From an uncultured Burkholderiales bacterium (lineage in GTDB: Bacteria > Vulcanimicrobiota > Xenobia > Xenobiales > JADMJV01), in NCBI GenBank assembly GCA_964649085.1, contig CAZYPN010000014.1, positions 78 through 64,077 of the forward strand: a stretch of 64,000 nt of DNA. The letters run 5' to 3'. A program made the translations under genes and the position numbers. The notes under the pieces were generated by a model. That model saw only the letters and a list, made by a program, of their open reading frames with translations. It was not told where the DNA came from and did not search any database. Below, in pieces: positions 8,297 through 16,683 of this stretch (positions within the stretch are counted from its first letter, which is position 1; the number at the start of each line of letters is the position of its first letter).

Positions 8297-9364
8297 ATGC
8301 AAGGCGCGGCGACCCTCAAGAACATCCTCCGTCATTCTCGAAATCGGGTTCGTGCACGGCTTCGGGGAGTTGTTCTCTGGCTCAAATTCTGGCGACACCG
8401 ACTTTATCAATTCTGGCAGCTCGCTCCCAGGTGGCAGTACTTGCAGGCCGATCCGGTTCGCCTGCGCCTGGAGGCCTCGACGGCCTGCCAGCTGCGCTGC
8501 CCCACCTGCGCGACCTCACGAGGCCTGGTGCATTCGAGCCTGGGGACCGGATTGCTCTCTTTGGAGAGTTTTCTGCAGTTGCTGAACAAGAATCCTCAAA
8601 TTCGATCGGTGGAGCTTTCAAACTACGGGGAGGTCTTCTTGAACCCCCAGCTGTGCGAGATTCTGCGCGCGGCCCACGAGCGCAACGTGGAAATCACGAT
8701 GAGCAATGGAGTCAACCTGAACCGGGCCTCCCTCGAGGCGCTACAAGCTCTGGTCGACTATCAGGTCCGCAGAATAACCGTGGCGCTAGACGGAGTCACG
8801 CAGGAAACCTACGCTCGCTATCGCGTCCGGGGCCAGTTGGAGACGGTCATCGGTCACGTCCAGGAATTGAACCGGCTCAAGGCCGAGAAAGGCTCCCGTT
8901 TCCCTGTCCTGACCTGGCAGTTCGTTCTTTTCGAGCACAACGCTCACGAGGTCGAGCGCGCCCGGCTTTGGGCGGCCGAGTTGGGCATGGAGTTCTTTCT
9001 GAAGCCAGATTGGAAAACGCGCCCGGTGCTGCCCCCCGCGGAAAACGGCCACCCGCGGCTGGAGGTGAAGTATTGCCAGCAGTTGTGGAACGAGCCACAG
9101 GTCAATTTCGACGGCCGACTGCTGGGTTGCTGCGTCAACTACTGGGCAGACTTGGGCAGCAACGTTTTTGAGTCCAGCCTGCGGGCCGCCGTCAACGAGC
9201 CTCGGATGCGCTACGCTCGGGCCATGCTCTTGGGCCTGGCCCCTCCTCGATCCGATATCGCCTGCACGCGCTGCGGCTATTACCTGTCGATGCTGGAAAG
9301 TGGCCAATGGATGACCGTGGAGGAAGCCACCGCGCCTCCGCCGAGTTTCCAGGTTGGCTCGTAG
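8297..9364 (+). CDS. Radical SAM protein with a Cys-rich (SPASM/twitch-like) C-terminal region
   Basis: The CxxxCxxC cluster is at EASTACQLRCPTC. The C-terminal cysteines are ..KYCQQLW..VNFDGRLLGCCVNYW.. and ACTRCGYY. Confidence 0.75.
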   Translation: MQGAATLKNILRHSRNRVRARLRGVVLWLKFWRHRLYQFWQLAPRWQYLQADPVRLRLEASTACQLRCPTCATSRGLVHSSLGTGLLSLESFLQLLNKNPQIRSVELSNYGEVFLNPQLCEILRAAHERNVEITMSNGVNLNRASLEALQALVDYQVRRITVALDGVTQETYARYRVRGQLETVIGHVQELNRLKAEKGSRFPVLTWQFVLFEHNAHEVERARLWAAELGMEFFLKPDWKTRPVLPPAENGHPRLEVKYCQQLWNEPQVNFDGRLLGCCVNYWADLGSNVFESSLRAAVNEPRMRYARAMLLGLAPPRSDIACTRCGYYLSMLESGQWMTVEEATAPPPSFQVGS

Positions 9365-9509
9365 ACCAATTCTCGTAACTATTGTCCGCACAAACCCTTA
9401 AGAGTCGGGTTACAAGGCGGCCAATCAAGACAGAATTTTTGAGAATTGGTATAGTCATCCAAATCTCGCAGCCGCCACCCTCCCCCCGGTTACCCTGGAT
9501 CGACATGGG

Positions 9510-9893
9510 TCAGGGGAGAACCACCGGCACGTCGACGCCTCGAAAATCCTGGTCTAGCGTGAGCAAATCGAGTTTGCTGGTTTTAGCCAGTGCGTAAGCA
9601 AAGCAGTCACCCAGGTTGAGGGGAAATTTCATCCGCGCCTCGGCGGCCAGGCGAGCTTGTTCTACATCCGGCGCTACGAATCGGATTCCGCTGTTCAAAA
9701 TTTGGCACTCGAGCTGGGCAAGGTCGGGGGGGTGTCTGTCACGTAAGCGGATAAGGACTTCGGCTAGATTGACAGTGCTCATCGCCAGCTTTCCGGCATT
9801 TGCCGTAAGTTGCGCTTCGGCCCAAGAGGCGGTTGGCTCTGCGAACAGTATTGCGAGCAACAAGGAACTGTCGACGATCACTGGGGCTCCCAA
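9510..9893 (-). CDS. vapC: PIN-domain toxin VapC (type II TA)
   Basis: MGAPVIVDSSLLLAIL..(acidic D in the first strand)..STVNLAEV..LGDCFAYALAK..LLTLDQDF. It overlaps the upstream antitoxin gene by 16 nt. Confidence 0.8.
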   Translation of the reverse strand: MGAPVIVDSSLLLAILFAEPTASWAEAQLTANAGKLAMSTVNLAEVLIRLRDRHPPDLAQLECQILNSGIRFVAPDVEQARLAAEARMKFPLNLGDCFAYALAKTSKLDLLTLDQDFRGVDVPVVLP

Positions 9894-10120
9894 AGTTGAT
9901 CATTGTTCATCATTTGGGGCTGTGAAGTTCCAAGCCCTTTGCCGCGTAGTCCCGCCCAGTTCATGACGACTGGCTCGGGTAAGCGGGCCAAGCCCTCCTC
10001 CACCGCCTGGCGAATCGCCTCGGATTTGGTCCTTATCCCGCGCGCGGCCATATATCTCCTGAGCTTGCTCTCGAACTCGGCGGTCATCTGGATGTTGAGT
10101 TGTGACATATCTATATGCAT
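9878..10120 (-). CDS. vapB: VapB-type antitoxin (RHH-like)
   Basis: Small protein MSQLNIQMTAEFESKLRRYMAARGIRTKSEAIRQAVEEGL.. directly upstream of, and overlapping, the PIN gene. The alternative start is the ATG at 10108. Confidence 0.7.
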   Translation of the reverse strand: MHIDMSQLNIQMTAEFESKLRRYMAARGIRTKSEAIRQAVEEGLARLPEPVVMNWAGLRGKGLGTSQPQMMNNDQLWEPQ

Positions 10121-10433
10121 TCCTATATAGAAGCCAATCCTCCTGTCTGGCGGCGCCCTGGCCCGACGCCCACCCTGTAGGCGGAGTCTGTTCTGTCTTT
10201 GCGATTCCTCACGTGCCCAGGCGCCCTGGCCACGGATCTCGGTCAGGAGGGGTTAGAAAACGGCCACCGAGGTCGAGCCCCTACATGCGCTTCAAGGGCC
10301 TGGTGCGCTAAGTGGACGGGGACACCGTTTCGACCACGAAGTCGTCGCAGTTGAACCATCGCCAAGGTTGCCCCCGGCAAATCGGACTGCCAGCAATTTC
10401 GGGAAAGGCAATACCCTGGGGCTCCCCTGAGAA

Positions 10434-10470
10434 GCACGTAGTGTAAGAATGACATTCTTGCACTACGTGC
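10434..10470 (-). terminator. Long near-perfect hairpin (about 18-bp stem) downstream of the Gly/Arg-rich peptide gene
   Basis: GCACGTAGTGtAAGAATG-a-CATTCTTgCACTACGTGC. On the minus strand it is followed by TTCTC. The U-tract is weak, so intrinsic-terminator status is uncertain. Confidence 0.4.
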
Positions 10471-10549
10471 GCCGGAGAAACCGGCGGGATGGTAGGGGCT
10501 GAAATGCCCTTCGCTGAAGGACTGGCCTTCTTATCGCGGCACAAGCAGG

Positions 10550-10873
10550 CTAGCGGCAAGGGCGCACTCGACCGCGTCCGAAGGCGCGTCCACGCCCGCA
10601 TGCCCGACCCTGACCCCAGCCCCGTCCGCGGCCGATGGCCAGGCCCTGACCCTCGACGCTGCCGGTGCCACAGCGACGGCGCAGCCGGCCTTGTTCATCG
10701 CGATACACCACCATGCCCGTTCCCGACACGCTGCCGTCACCGCGCATCACTCCTCGACCGCGCACGAGGCCCTGTCCGCCCACGGCACCCTGGCCCTGGG
10801 TTCCCTGCAGTTCGGCGCTGGCGGTTCCCAGCAGGCTGACCATCAGGGCGAAAGACATCAGAACGGATTTCAT
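10550..10873 (-). CDS. Small secreted Gly/Arg-rich protein (107 aa)
   Basis: AAGGAG lies 7 nt upstream. The signal peptide is MKSVLMSFALMVSLLGTASA. The mature part is GQG/GRG repeats (..GRGRGWGQGRACGRGRAFGRGRVRPCR) with three Cys. Confidence 0.6.
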   Translation of the reverse strand: MKSVLMSFALMVSLLGTASAELQGTQGQGAVGGQGLVRGRGVMRGDGSVSGTGMVVYRDEQGRLRRRCGTGSVEGQGLAIGRGRGWGQGRACGRGRAFGRGRVRPCR

Positions 10874-10967
10874 CGGTGCGGCTCCTTCTCGGAAGAGGTC
10901 GTCCCCTTCACGAGCTCAGCTTAGCGGGGTGGCCTCAGAGGAGACTCAGGGGTCGCTCAAAATCGGC

Positions 10968-12881
10968 TCATTGGAAATATTGGTTCAGCAGTTGGACGGC
11001 CTGCTGATGTCCCCGTGAGGCTGCCTGTCGCAGGCTGTGCACTGCCTGCTCGTTGTTTCGCTGCTTCAATTCTAACTGGCCCCGAAGGCACCAGGATTGG
11101 GCATCGTCGGGGTCGAGGGCTACGGCACGCGTGAAGGCCTCCCAGGCCTCACCCTCCTGGCCCAGGATCAGCAGCGTATTCCCCAATACTGCCCAGGCCA
11201 GGGCTTGCTCGGGGTCGAGCTCAAGACACCGTCGAAGGGGGGCCAGGGCTTGCTCGAACTGGCCCGCGTCCACGAGGCAGCGGCCCAACCCCAGCCAGCC
11301 GCCCGGATGGCCCGGTTCCAGCTGGGAAGCTCGCTCAAAGTACTTGCGAGACTTCTCTCGGCGCCCTTGCTCCCAGGTGGCTTCGCCCAGATAGAGCCAG
11401 GCCCGGGCGTGATCGGGGTGAAATTCCAGGCACTGGCGGAAACAGTCGGCGGCCCGCCCGAGGTGTTCCTGGTTGAACAGGCACATGCCGTAGCCCACCC
11501 AGAATTCACCCCGTCGCGGAGCCAGCTTCAGAGCCCGCTGGAAACAGCCCGAGGCCTCCTCTAGCTGACCTTTCCCGGCCAGGAACAGCCCCAGATTGTA
11601 CCAGGCCACGGGGTCTCGTTCATCGCTGCTGGTGGCCCGTCGAAAACAGGCCTCGGAGCGAGCATCTCCCAGCCGGGAAAGGTTCATCCCAAGCTCGCTC
11701 CAGGCGTCACTGGAGTCGGCGATGGCCAGAGCCCTGTCACAGGCCGCCTGTGCCTCGGCCGAGCGTCCCAGCCTTCGCAGGCAGCGAGCCCGATTGACCC
11801 AGGCCGCAGCCAGATCGGGTTGCAGAGAGATGGCGCGTTCCAACCAGTAGAGTGCCTCTTGCAGCTTGTCGAGGTTGAGCAGGGTGGCGGCGCGGTTGTT
11901 ACAATCGTGGGCGCTGAGCTGGGGTCCCGTCACCGGCGGGTCCACCGGCCTTCCCGTGGCTTTGGTGTAGAGCTCGGCCAGGCAGGCTCGCACCTGCCGG
12001 AAATCCCCGGGGCGTTGCTCCTTGTCCTTGGCCAGGCAGGCCTGAATCAGATCGTCCAACCGACCGCTCAGCGCATGAGGATGGTCGAGCCGGGGCGGCG
12101 CCTCCATCATGTGCTGATAAGCCAGGTGATACACCTGGCTTCCCGAGAATGGCCGGCGCCCGCTCAGCAATTCGAACAGCATCACTCCGAACGAGTAAAT
12201 GTCGGCACGCACATCCACCGTGGCCGTATCGTGCCATTGCTCGGGAGGCATGTAGGCCAGCGTGCCCATGGCCACTCCGCTTTCGGTCAGTCCGGGTGTG
12301 GCCGCCTGCGAGGGCCGGGTCTGAAGCTCGGCAAGCCAGCGAGCAAAGTCGGGATCGCGCGCGGGTAAGGCCGACTGCACCACTTTGGCCAAACCGAAGT
12401 CGGTGATTTTCAACTGCCAGCCACGGGCATCGATCAGGCAGTTTTGCGGCTTTACGTCGCGGTGGGCGATCAGTCCGCAGGAAGCGGCATGCACCATTCC
12501 GTCGCAAAACTGAAGGCCGAAGCGCAGAGCGGTTTCCAGGGTGAGGCGTTGGCTGCCAACCCACTCGCTCAGGTCGCCCCCTTCCACCCATTCCAGAAAA
12601 AGGCATGGCAGCCCGTTAAGGTTTCGAAAGCTGTCCATGCGCACGATAGAGGGGTGCGTTCCCAACTGATTCCAGAGCTCGGTCTCGACTCGAAACCGCT
12701 CGATCATCGGGGGTTCCACCAGGTTCGGGTCCAGGTAGGTCTTGATGGCCAGTGGGGTTCCATCCTGGGTGTCGATCACCAGATAGACACGTCCAAAGCC
12801 CCCGGCCAGCACGCGCCGCACCTCCCAGCGTTCGTCGATCCGCTCGCCGACCTGAAATTCCCGGGCAACTTCAGGTCGCAT
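10968..12881 (-). CDS. Ser/Thr protein kinase with C-terminal TPR repeats
   Basis: GGFGRVYLV, AIKT, IAHRDVKPQNCLI, ITDFGLAK, YMPPEQ, then about 300 aa of TPR-like repeats (..AWVNRARCLRRLGRSAEAQAACDRALAI..). The start is taken at M44 of the track ORF (MRPEVAREFQVGER..), which overlaps the upstream stop by 11 nt. Confidence 0.8.
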   Translation of the reverse strand: MRPEVAREFQVGERIDERWEVRRVLAGGFGRVYLVIDTQDGTPLAIKTYLDPNLVEPPMIERFRVETELWNQLGTHPSIVRMDSFRNLNGLPCLFLEWVEGGDLSEWVGSQRLTLETALRFGLQFCDGMVHAASCGLIAHRDVKPQNCLIDARGWQLKITDFGLAKVVQSALPARDPDFARWLAELQTRPSQAATPGLTESGVAMGTLAYMPPEQWHDTATVDVRADIYSFGVMLFELLSGRRPFSGSQVYHLAYQHMMEAPPRLDHPHALSGRLDDLIQACLAKDKEQRPGDFRQVRACLAELYTKATGRPVDPPVTGPQLSAHDCNNRAATLLNLDKLQEALYWLERAISLQPDLAAAWVNRARCLRRLGRSAEAQAACDRALAIADSSDAWSELGMNLSRLGDARSEACFRRATSSDERDPVAWYNLGLFLAGKGQLEEASGCFQRALKLAPRRGEFWVGYGMCLFNQEHLGRAADCFRQCLEFHPDHARAWLYLGEATWEQGRREKSRKYFERASQLEPGHPGGWLGLGRCLVDAGQFEQALAPLRRCLELDPEQALAWAVLGNTLLILGQEGEAWEAFTRAVALDPDDAQSWCLRGQLELKQRNNEQAVHSLRQAASRGHQQAVQLLNQYFQ

Positions 12882-13752
12882 CGTGGCCCTCGGGGCCGGA
12901 ATCGCCCAGCCTGTAGCAGCGCTCGCCCGGCTTGTCCCAGGGTTGGCGGGCGAATCCCGCCTTCTCCAGCACCCGTTGCGAGGCGACGTTGCCCTCCGAG
13001 GTGATGGCATATAGGGGGCGGCGCTGTTCCTGCTGCAGAAACAGAGCCACCGCTCGTTGGGCCAGCCCGTGTCCCCACCAGGAGCGGCCTAACCAGTAGC
13101 CCAGCCAGCGACGTTCCTCGGCCACCCAGCACACCAGGTGTCCGGCCACGGCCCCGTCGACTTCGATGCAGGCGTGGCTGGTCGAGGGTGGGGTCAGGAC
13201 CCGCTCGTTCCAGTGGCGCAAGAACCCCTCCCAGTCGCGGTAAGGCACACCGGCCATGGCGCTGGCCACGGGATCGACCTGAAATTGGAACAGACTTCCC
13301 AGGTCCTCGCGGGTCACCGGCCTCAGGCGTAGGTCACCTCCAGGAAATGCGGTCTCGCCTTTGCCGAGTTGGCGGGGTAGATCCAGGCGGGCCATCCAGG
13401 GCAGATGTTCTTCGAAACTCACGTGGCTCTCCACCGCTCGATCGAGCGCCTCGAGGCTGGCTGCGGCCACGTAGATCTTTTCGGCTGCGAAGCTGGCCCG
13501 ATAGAACAGGCCGCTGCCGCAGCGCGAACAGAACTCCCAGGCCACCTCGGGCGAGGAGTGGTAACTGCGCAGCAACTCCTGGCCGGAATCCAGATGAAAG
13601 CGATCCAGAGGAACCGCCGTCCAGGTGACCATCGGGGCTGCGTGGGACAGACGACAGGAACGACAGTGGCAGTGCGAGGCGAACTCGCTGGGCGGAGTCA
13701 GACGGAAGCGCACTTCGCCACAAAAGCAGCGGCCCGAGAGGTCGAGGTTCAT
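12871..13752 (-). CDS. GFA/CENP-V-type Zn-binding domain fused to a GNAT N-acetyltransferase
   Basis: The N-terminus GRCFCGEVRF..SHCHCRSCRLSHAAP..FCSRCGSGL is the GFA cysteine pattern. The C-terminus ..WLGRSWWGHGLAQRAVALFL..AITSEGNVASQRVLEKAGF is the GNAT A/B motif. Confidence 0.75.
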   Translation of the reverse strand: MNLDLSGRCFCGEVRFRLTPPSEFASHCHCRSCRLSHAAPMVTWTAVPLDRFHLDSGQELLRSYHSSPEVAWEFCSRCGSGLFYRASFAAEKIYVAAASLEALDRAVESHVSFEEHLPWMARLDLPRQLGKGETAFPGGDLRLRPVTREDLGSLFQFQVDPVASAMAGVPYRDWEGFLRHWNERVLTPPSTSHACIEVDGAVAGHLVCWVAEERRWLGYWLGRSWWGHGLAQRAVALFLQQEQRRPLYAITSEGNVASQRVLEKAGFARQPWDKPGERCYRLGDSGPEGHDAT

Positions 13753-13829
13753 CGACCAGAATTCTCATTGCCGGCCCGCTTACCCTGGGTGGGGGCAGGA
13801 CCTCGACAGGACCAGGGGAAGCGGGCGCC

Positions 13830-14579
13830 ATGAACTTACAAGGAAAGTCCGCGCTGGTCACCGGCTCCACCAGCGGAATCGGACTGGGCATCGCCCGCGT
13901 GTTGAGCCGGGCCGGAGCCTCGATCGTCCTGCACGGGCTGGGTCACCCGGACGAGATCGCCGCTTTGCGCAGCGAACTGAACGCCGAGTTTCTCGAGGCC
14001 GACCTGCGCGACGGTCCCGCTTACCTGGCGGCGCTGGAGCAGCTGGGTCCGGTGGACGTGCTGGTCAACAACGCCGGCATTCAGCACACCGCTCCCATCG
14101 AACAGTTTGCGCCCGAGCGCTGGCAGGCGGTCATCGACATCAACCTGACCGCGGTGTTCCTGGGCATCCACGCCCTGCTGCCCGGCATGCGTCAGCGCGG
14201 CTGGGGTCGCATTGTCAACGTGGCTTCGGTGCACGGCCTGGTGGCCTCGGTGCAGAAGGCGGCCTATGTGGCGGCCAAGCACGGCGTGGTGGGGCTTACC
14301 AAGGTGGTGGCTTTGGAAACGGCCGGCAGCGGCATCACCTGCAATGCTCTCTGCCCCGGTTGGGTGCTGACCCCCCTGGTCCAGGCGCAGATCGAGGCCC
14401 GCGCCGAACGAGAGGGGCTTTCGGTCGAGGAGGCGGGACGGCGCCTGCTGCTGGAAAAGCAGCCCGGCGGGCGCTTTGTCACCCCGGAAGAACTGGGCGA
14501 GGCGGTGCTCTTTTGCTGCTCGCAACCCTCGATGAGCGGCGCCAGCCTGCCCATCGACGGGGCCTGGTTGGCCCAGTAA
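13830..14579 (+). CDS. bdhA: 3-hydroxybutyrate dehydrogenase (SDR family)
   Basis: TGSTSGIGLGIA, NNAGIQHTAPIEQF, NVASVHGLVASVQKAAYVAAKHGVVGLTK, CPGWVLTPLV, LLLEKQPGGRFVTPEELG. Confidence 0.8.
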   Translation: MNLQGKSALVTGSTSGIGLGIARVLSRAGASIVLHGLGHPDEIAALRSELNAEFLEADLRDGPAYLAALEQLGPVDVLVNNAGIQHTAPIEQFAPERWQAVIDINLTAVFLGIHALLPGMRQRGWGRIVNVASVHGLVASVQKAAYVAAKHGVVGLTKVVALETAGSGITCNALCPGWVLTPLVQAQIEARAEREGLSVEEAGRRLLLEKQPGGRFVTPEELGEAVLFCCSQPSMSGASLPIDGAWLAQ

Positions 14580-14580
14580 C

Positions 14581-16629
14581 TCAGGGGTTCGACCAGCCGC
14601 AAAACATCAAATCGATGCCCTGATGGGTCAGGTTCTGCTGGCTGCCGTCGCCCAGGTCATACACCCACAGGTCGGGCTGTTCAGGGGCAAACTTGCAGCA
14701 AGTGAAGCGCTGTTCGTCCAGCCAACCCATCATTTGCCCGGTGATATTCAGCCCTCGGGTGGTCACCTGGTGGGTGGCGCCGTTGATGTCGGCCAGGAAC
14801 AGGTCGCTGCCGCGGCCATAGAGATAGCGATGGCCATCGGGAGAAAAACAACCGGGGCCGGCCGCATAGGGGCTGGGGGGAACGTCGAAAAAGCGAGAGT
14901 TTTCCACGTCGTAGATTTTCAGGCTCTGGCTTCCGAAGGCCAGCCAGGGCTGAACCGGGTTCCACACGACATGCCAACCCCAGCCCGGAATGCTTCGCGG
15001 GGTGGCTCCGCTGCCGGGCATCGCGTAGAGCTGAATATGGGCGCTTTGAATTGTGGCCAGATACTTGCCATCGCTGGAGAAAACGGAATTGTCGCGGCTG
15101 ACCATGTTGCCGTTGACGGTGGAACCGGCGATGTGTTCCACAAAGGCATCGTCGCTACTGCCAGCGTTCAGGTTGATGGCCCCGCTGCCGTCGGGGTGCA
15201 CCAGGAACACCTGATGTCGGCCCGAGGGCAGGGCCCGGATATGGGCCAGCCAGGTTCCGTCTGGACTCCAGTGAACGCCGTCTTTGGCCACCGCTTCTCC
15301 CGGCAGGCCGCCATCCAGGCTGCGAGCTCCGCTGCCGTCGGCATTGCAGGTCCACAGGTGGGTGCTGCCCCCCTGGCGCGACAGGTAGGCCATTCGGCTG
15401 CCGTCGGGCGACCAGCTGGCCTTGGGCGGCTCGGCCCCGTTGGTCACCACTCGGGTGGGCAGTTCGCGCTTGCCGGTGCCATCCTCGTAGACCACCTGCA
15501 GGCGGTGCTCGTTGTTGGCGGCCGGCGCCACTTCCACGAAAGCCATGCGCGCTTTCTGATTGGAAGTCTGCAGGTCCACCTGACCGACCAACCCTCGGGG
15601 GGCCTCCCTCCCGAACTCGTCGGTCACGTGGCACAACAGCTGAAAGCGTTCCCCGTGGCTGGCCTGGTCGGGCGGGCGCCAGTGAATCTGGCCCACCCAG
15701 CGCCGGGCCACCGTGTCAAAGTGCATCGGCCGACGCTGGGAGCTCGAGAATGCGCCTGGCCGTTGACTCGAGTCGGTCCAATGCAGCATCAGGGGCTGCC
15801 CGCTGGGGCTTTCGGCCCGGACCTCCAAACTGAGAAATCCGTCGGCGCTTACCAGAGCGTCGCTGCCGCCGGGCAGACGCAGGCGAGAGGGATCGGGTTG
15901 GATCGCCACCTCCAGCAGGCGAGGGCCGCCACTGGCCGAGGGGGCCGGGGCCGCCGTGGCTATCGGTTGCCCGGCCGACCCGGGCGAGGCCAGCTGGCCG
16001 TCCCAGAGTTGCCCAAGGCTGTCGACCCAGCCCGAGGGTGAAATGCGCAGTGTGGCGCACTGGCGCCCCGCCTGCAGGCGGTCGGCGCTGGCTTGCAGAC
16101 CTTCCCCCACGACCACGACGAAGTTGGAGTCCAGGCGCCACACACCGCGGGCCGTCACCTTCCCGGAAGGCAGAAAGACCAGGGCCGGGTCCTGGGAGCG
16201 GGCGGGCAGATAGCCAGCGGGGTCCCAAGCATCTTCTGCACCTCCCCACAGGGGGCGTTGCTGATCGAACGTCAGCGAGCTCGTCTGCCAGTGCCCCACG
16301 AACATCTGGCTTTGGGGAAACTCGCCTCGCAGATCGAGCACTTCGATGCGGCGTGGCTCGTGCCAGCCTTGAAACACCTCACAACTGTTGCTCAGGGCCG
16401 TGCCCTGGGCTCCGCCGGGCCACACCACCGCCACGGGTTGGCCGCTGGCACGTGCCCGCTCGCGCTGAGCCGTCAGGAAGGCCGCCACCACCTGAGCCAG
16501 GGCTCGGTTGCGGGGGCGACTGTGGGTCGAGCGAGCCAGCCCCACACTGAGCATCAGGAAGAGGCCGGCCAGAGCCACCACCAGCAGCGTTTCGAGGTAG
16601 CTGAAGGCCCGCAGGGCCCGACTTCGCAT
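14581..16629 (-). CDS. Prepilin-type N-terminus + GspH/FimT-like minor-pilin domain fused to a PD40/TolB-like beta-propeller
   Basis: The class III-like signal is MRSRALRA-FSYLETLLVVALAGLFLML (E at +5). It is followed by a GspH-like block, ..LAQVVAAFLTAQRERARASGQPVAVVW... The C-terminal repeats are SWSPDGSRMAYLS, HWSPDGTWLAHI, FSSDGKYLA and CFSPDGHRYLY. Confidence 0.7.
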   Translation of the reverse strand: MRSRALRAFSYLETLLVVALAGLFLMLSVGLARSTHSRPRNRALAQVVAAFLTAQRERARASGQPVAVVWPGGAQGTALSNSCEVFQGWHEPRRIEVLDLRGEFPQSQMFVGHWQTSSLTFDQQRPLWGGAEDAWDPAGYLPARSQDPALVFLPSGKVTARGVWRLDSNFVVVVGEGLQASADRLQAGRQCATLRISPSGWVDSLGQLWDGQLASPGSAGQPIATAAPAPSASGGPRLLEVAIQPDPSRLRLPGGSDALVSADGFLSLEVRAESPSGQPLMLHWTDSSQRPGAFSSSQRRPMHFDTVARRWVGQIHWRPPDQASHGERFQLLCHVTDEFGREAPRGLVGQVDLQTSNQKARMAFVEVAPAANNEHRLQVVYEDGTGKRELPTRVVTNGAEPPKASWSPDGSRMAYLSRQGGSTHLWTCNADGSGARSLDGGLPGEAVAKDGVHWSPDGTWLAHIRALPSGRHQVFLVHPDGSGAINLNAGSSDDAFVEHIAGSTVNGNMVSRDNSVFSSDGKYLATIQSAHIQLYAMPGSGATPRSIPGWGWHVVWNPVQPWLAFGSQSLKIYDVENSRFFDVPPSPYAAGPGCFSPDGHRYLYGRGSDLFLADINGATHQVTTRGLNITGQMMGWLDEQRFTCCKFAPEQPDLWVYDLGDGSQQNLTHQGIDLMFCGWSNP

Positions 16630-16683
16630 GCTTGGGAATTCCCGATTCCAGGGGGCGCTCCTGTGTTTCCCGAAGCGCCACCG

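Noticed and set aside
6410-9171. Long antisense or alternative-frame ORFs (6410..7828 on the minus strand, 472 aa; 6859..9171 on the plus strand, 770 aa). Similar ones occur elsewhere: 14623..16041, 16786..17769, 24908..25825, 29401..30648, 30657..31790, 55625..57142, 62651..63769.
   Set aside because: All overlap genes with clear family motifs. Their composition is dominated by Arg/Gly/Pro/Ala, as expected for non-coding frames of GC-rich DNA, and they have no recognisable motifs.
9365-9506. Short minus-strand ORF (MSIQGNRGEGGGCEIWMT..) as a RiPP precursor for the radical SAM enzyme
   Set aside because: It is on the opposite strand from the radical SAM gene and has no RBS. It continues antisense into the radical SAM coding region, and its composition is unremarkable.
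10121-10549. Possible tRNA, tRNA-Sec or other classical RNA gene in the 430-bp gene-free stretch. Other spacers were also checked: 9365-9509, 28522-28591, 32658-32773, 52311-52431, 62242-62413.
   Set aside because: Reading both strands by eye, I found no cloverleaf-compatible arms, no GTTCGA-type T-loop in context, and no RNase P, SRP or tmRNA signature strings. This was not verified with tRNAscan or Infernal.
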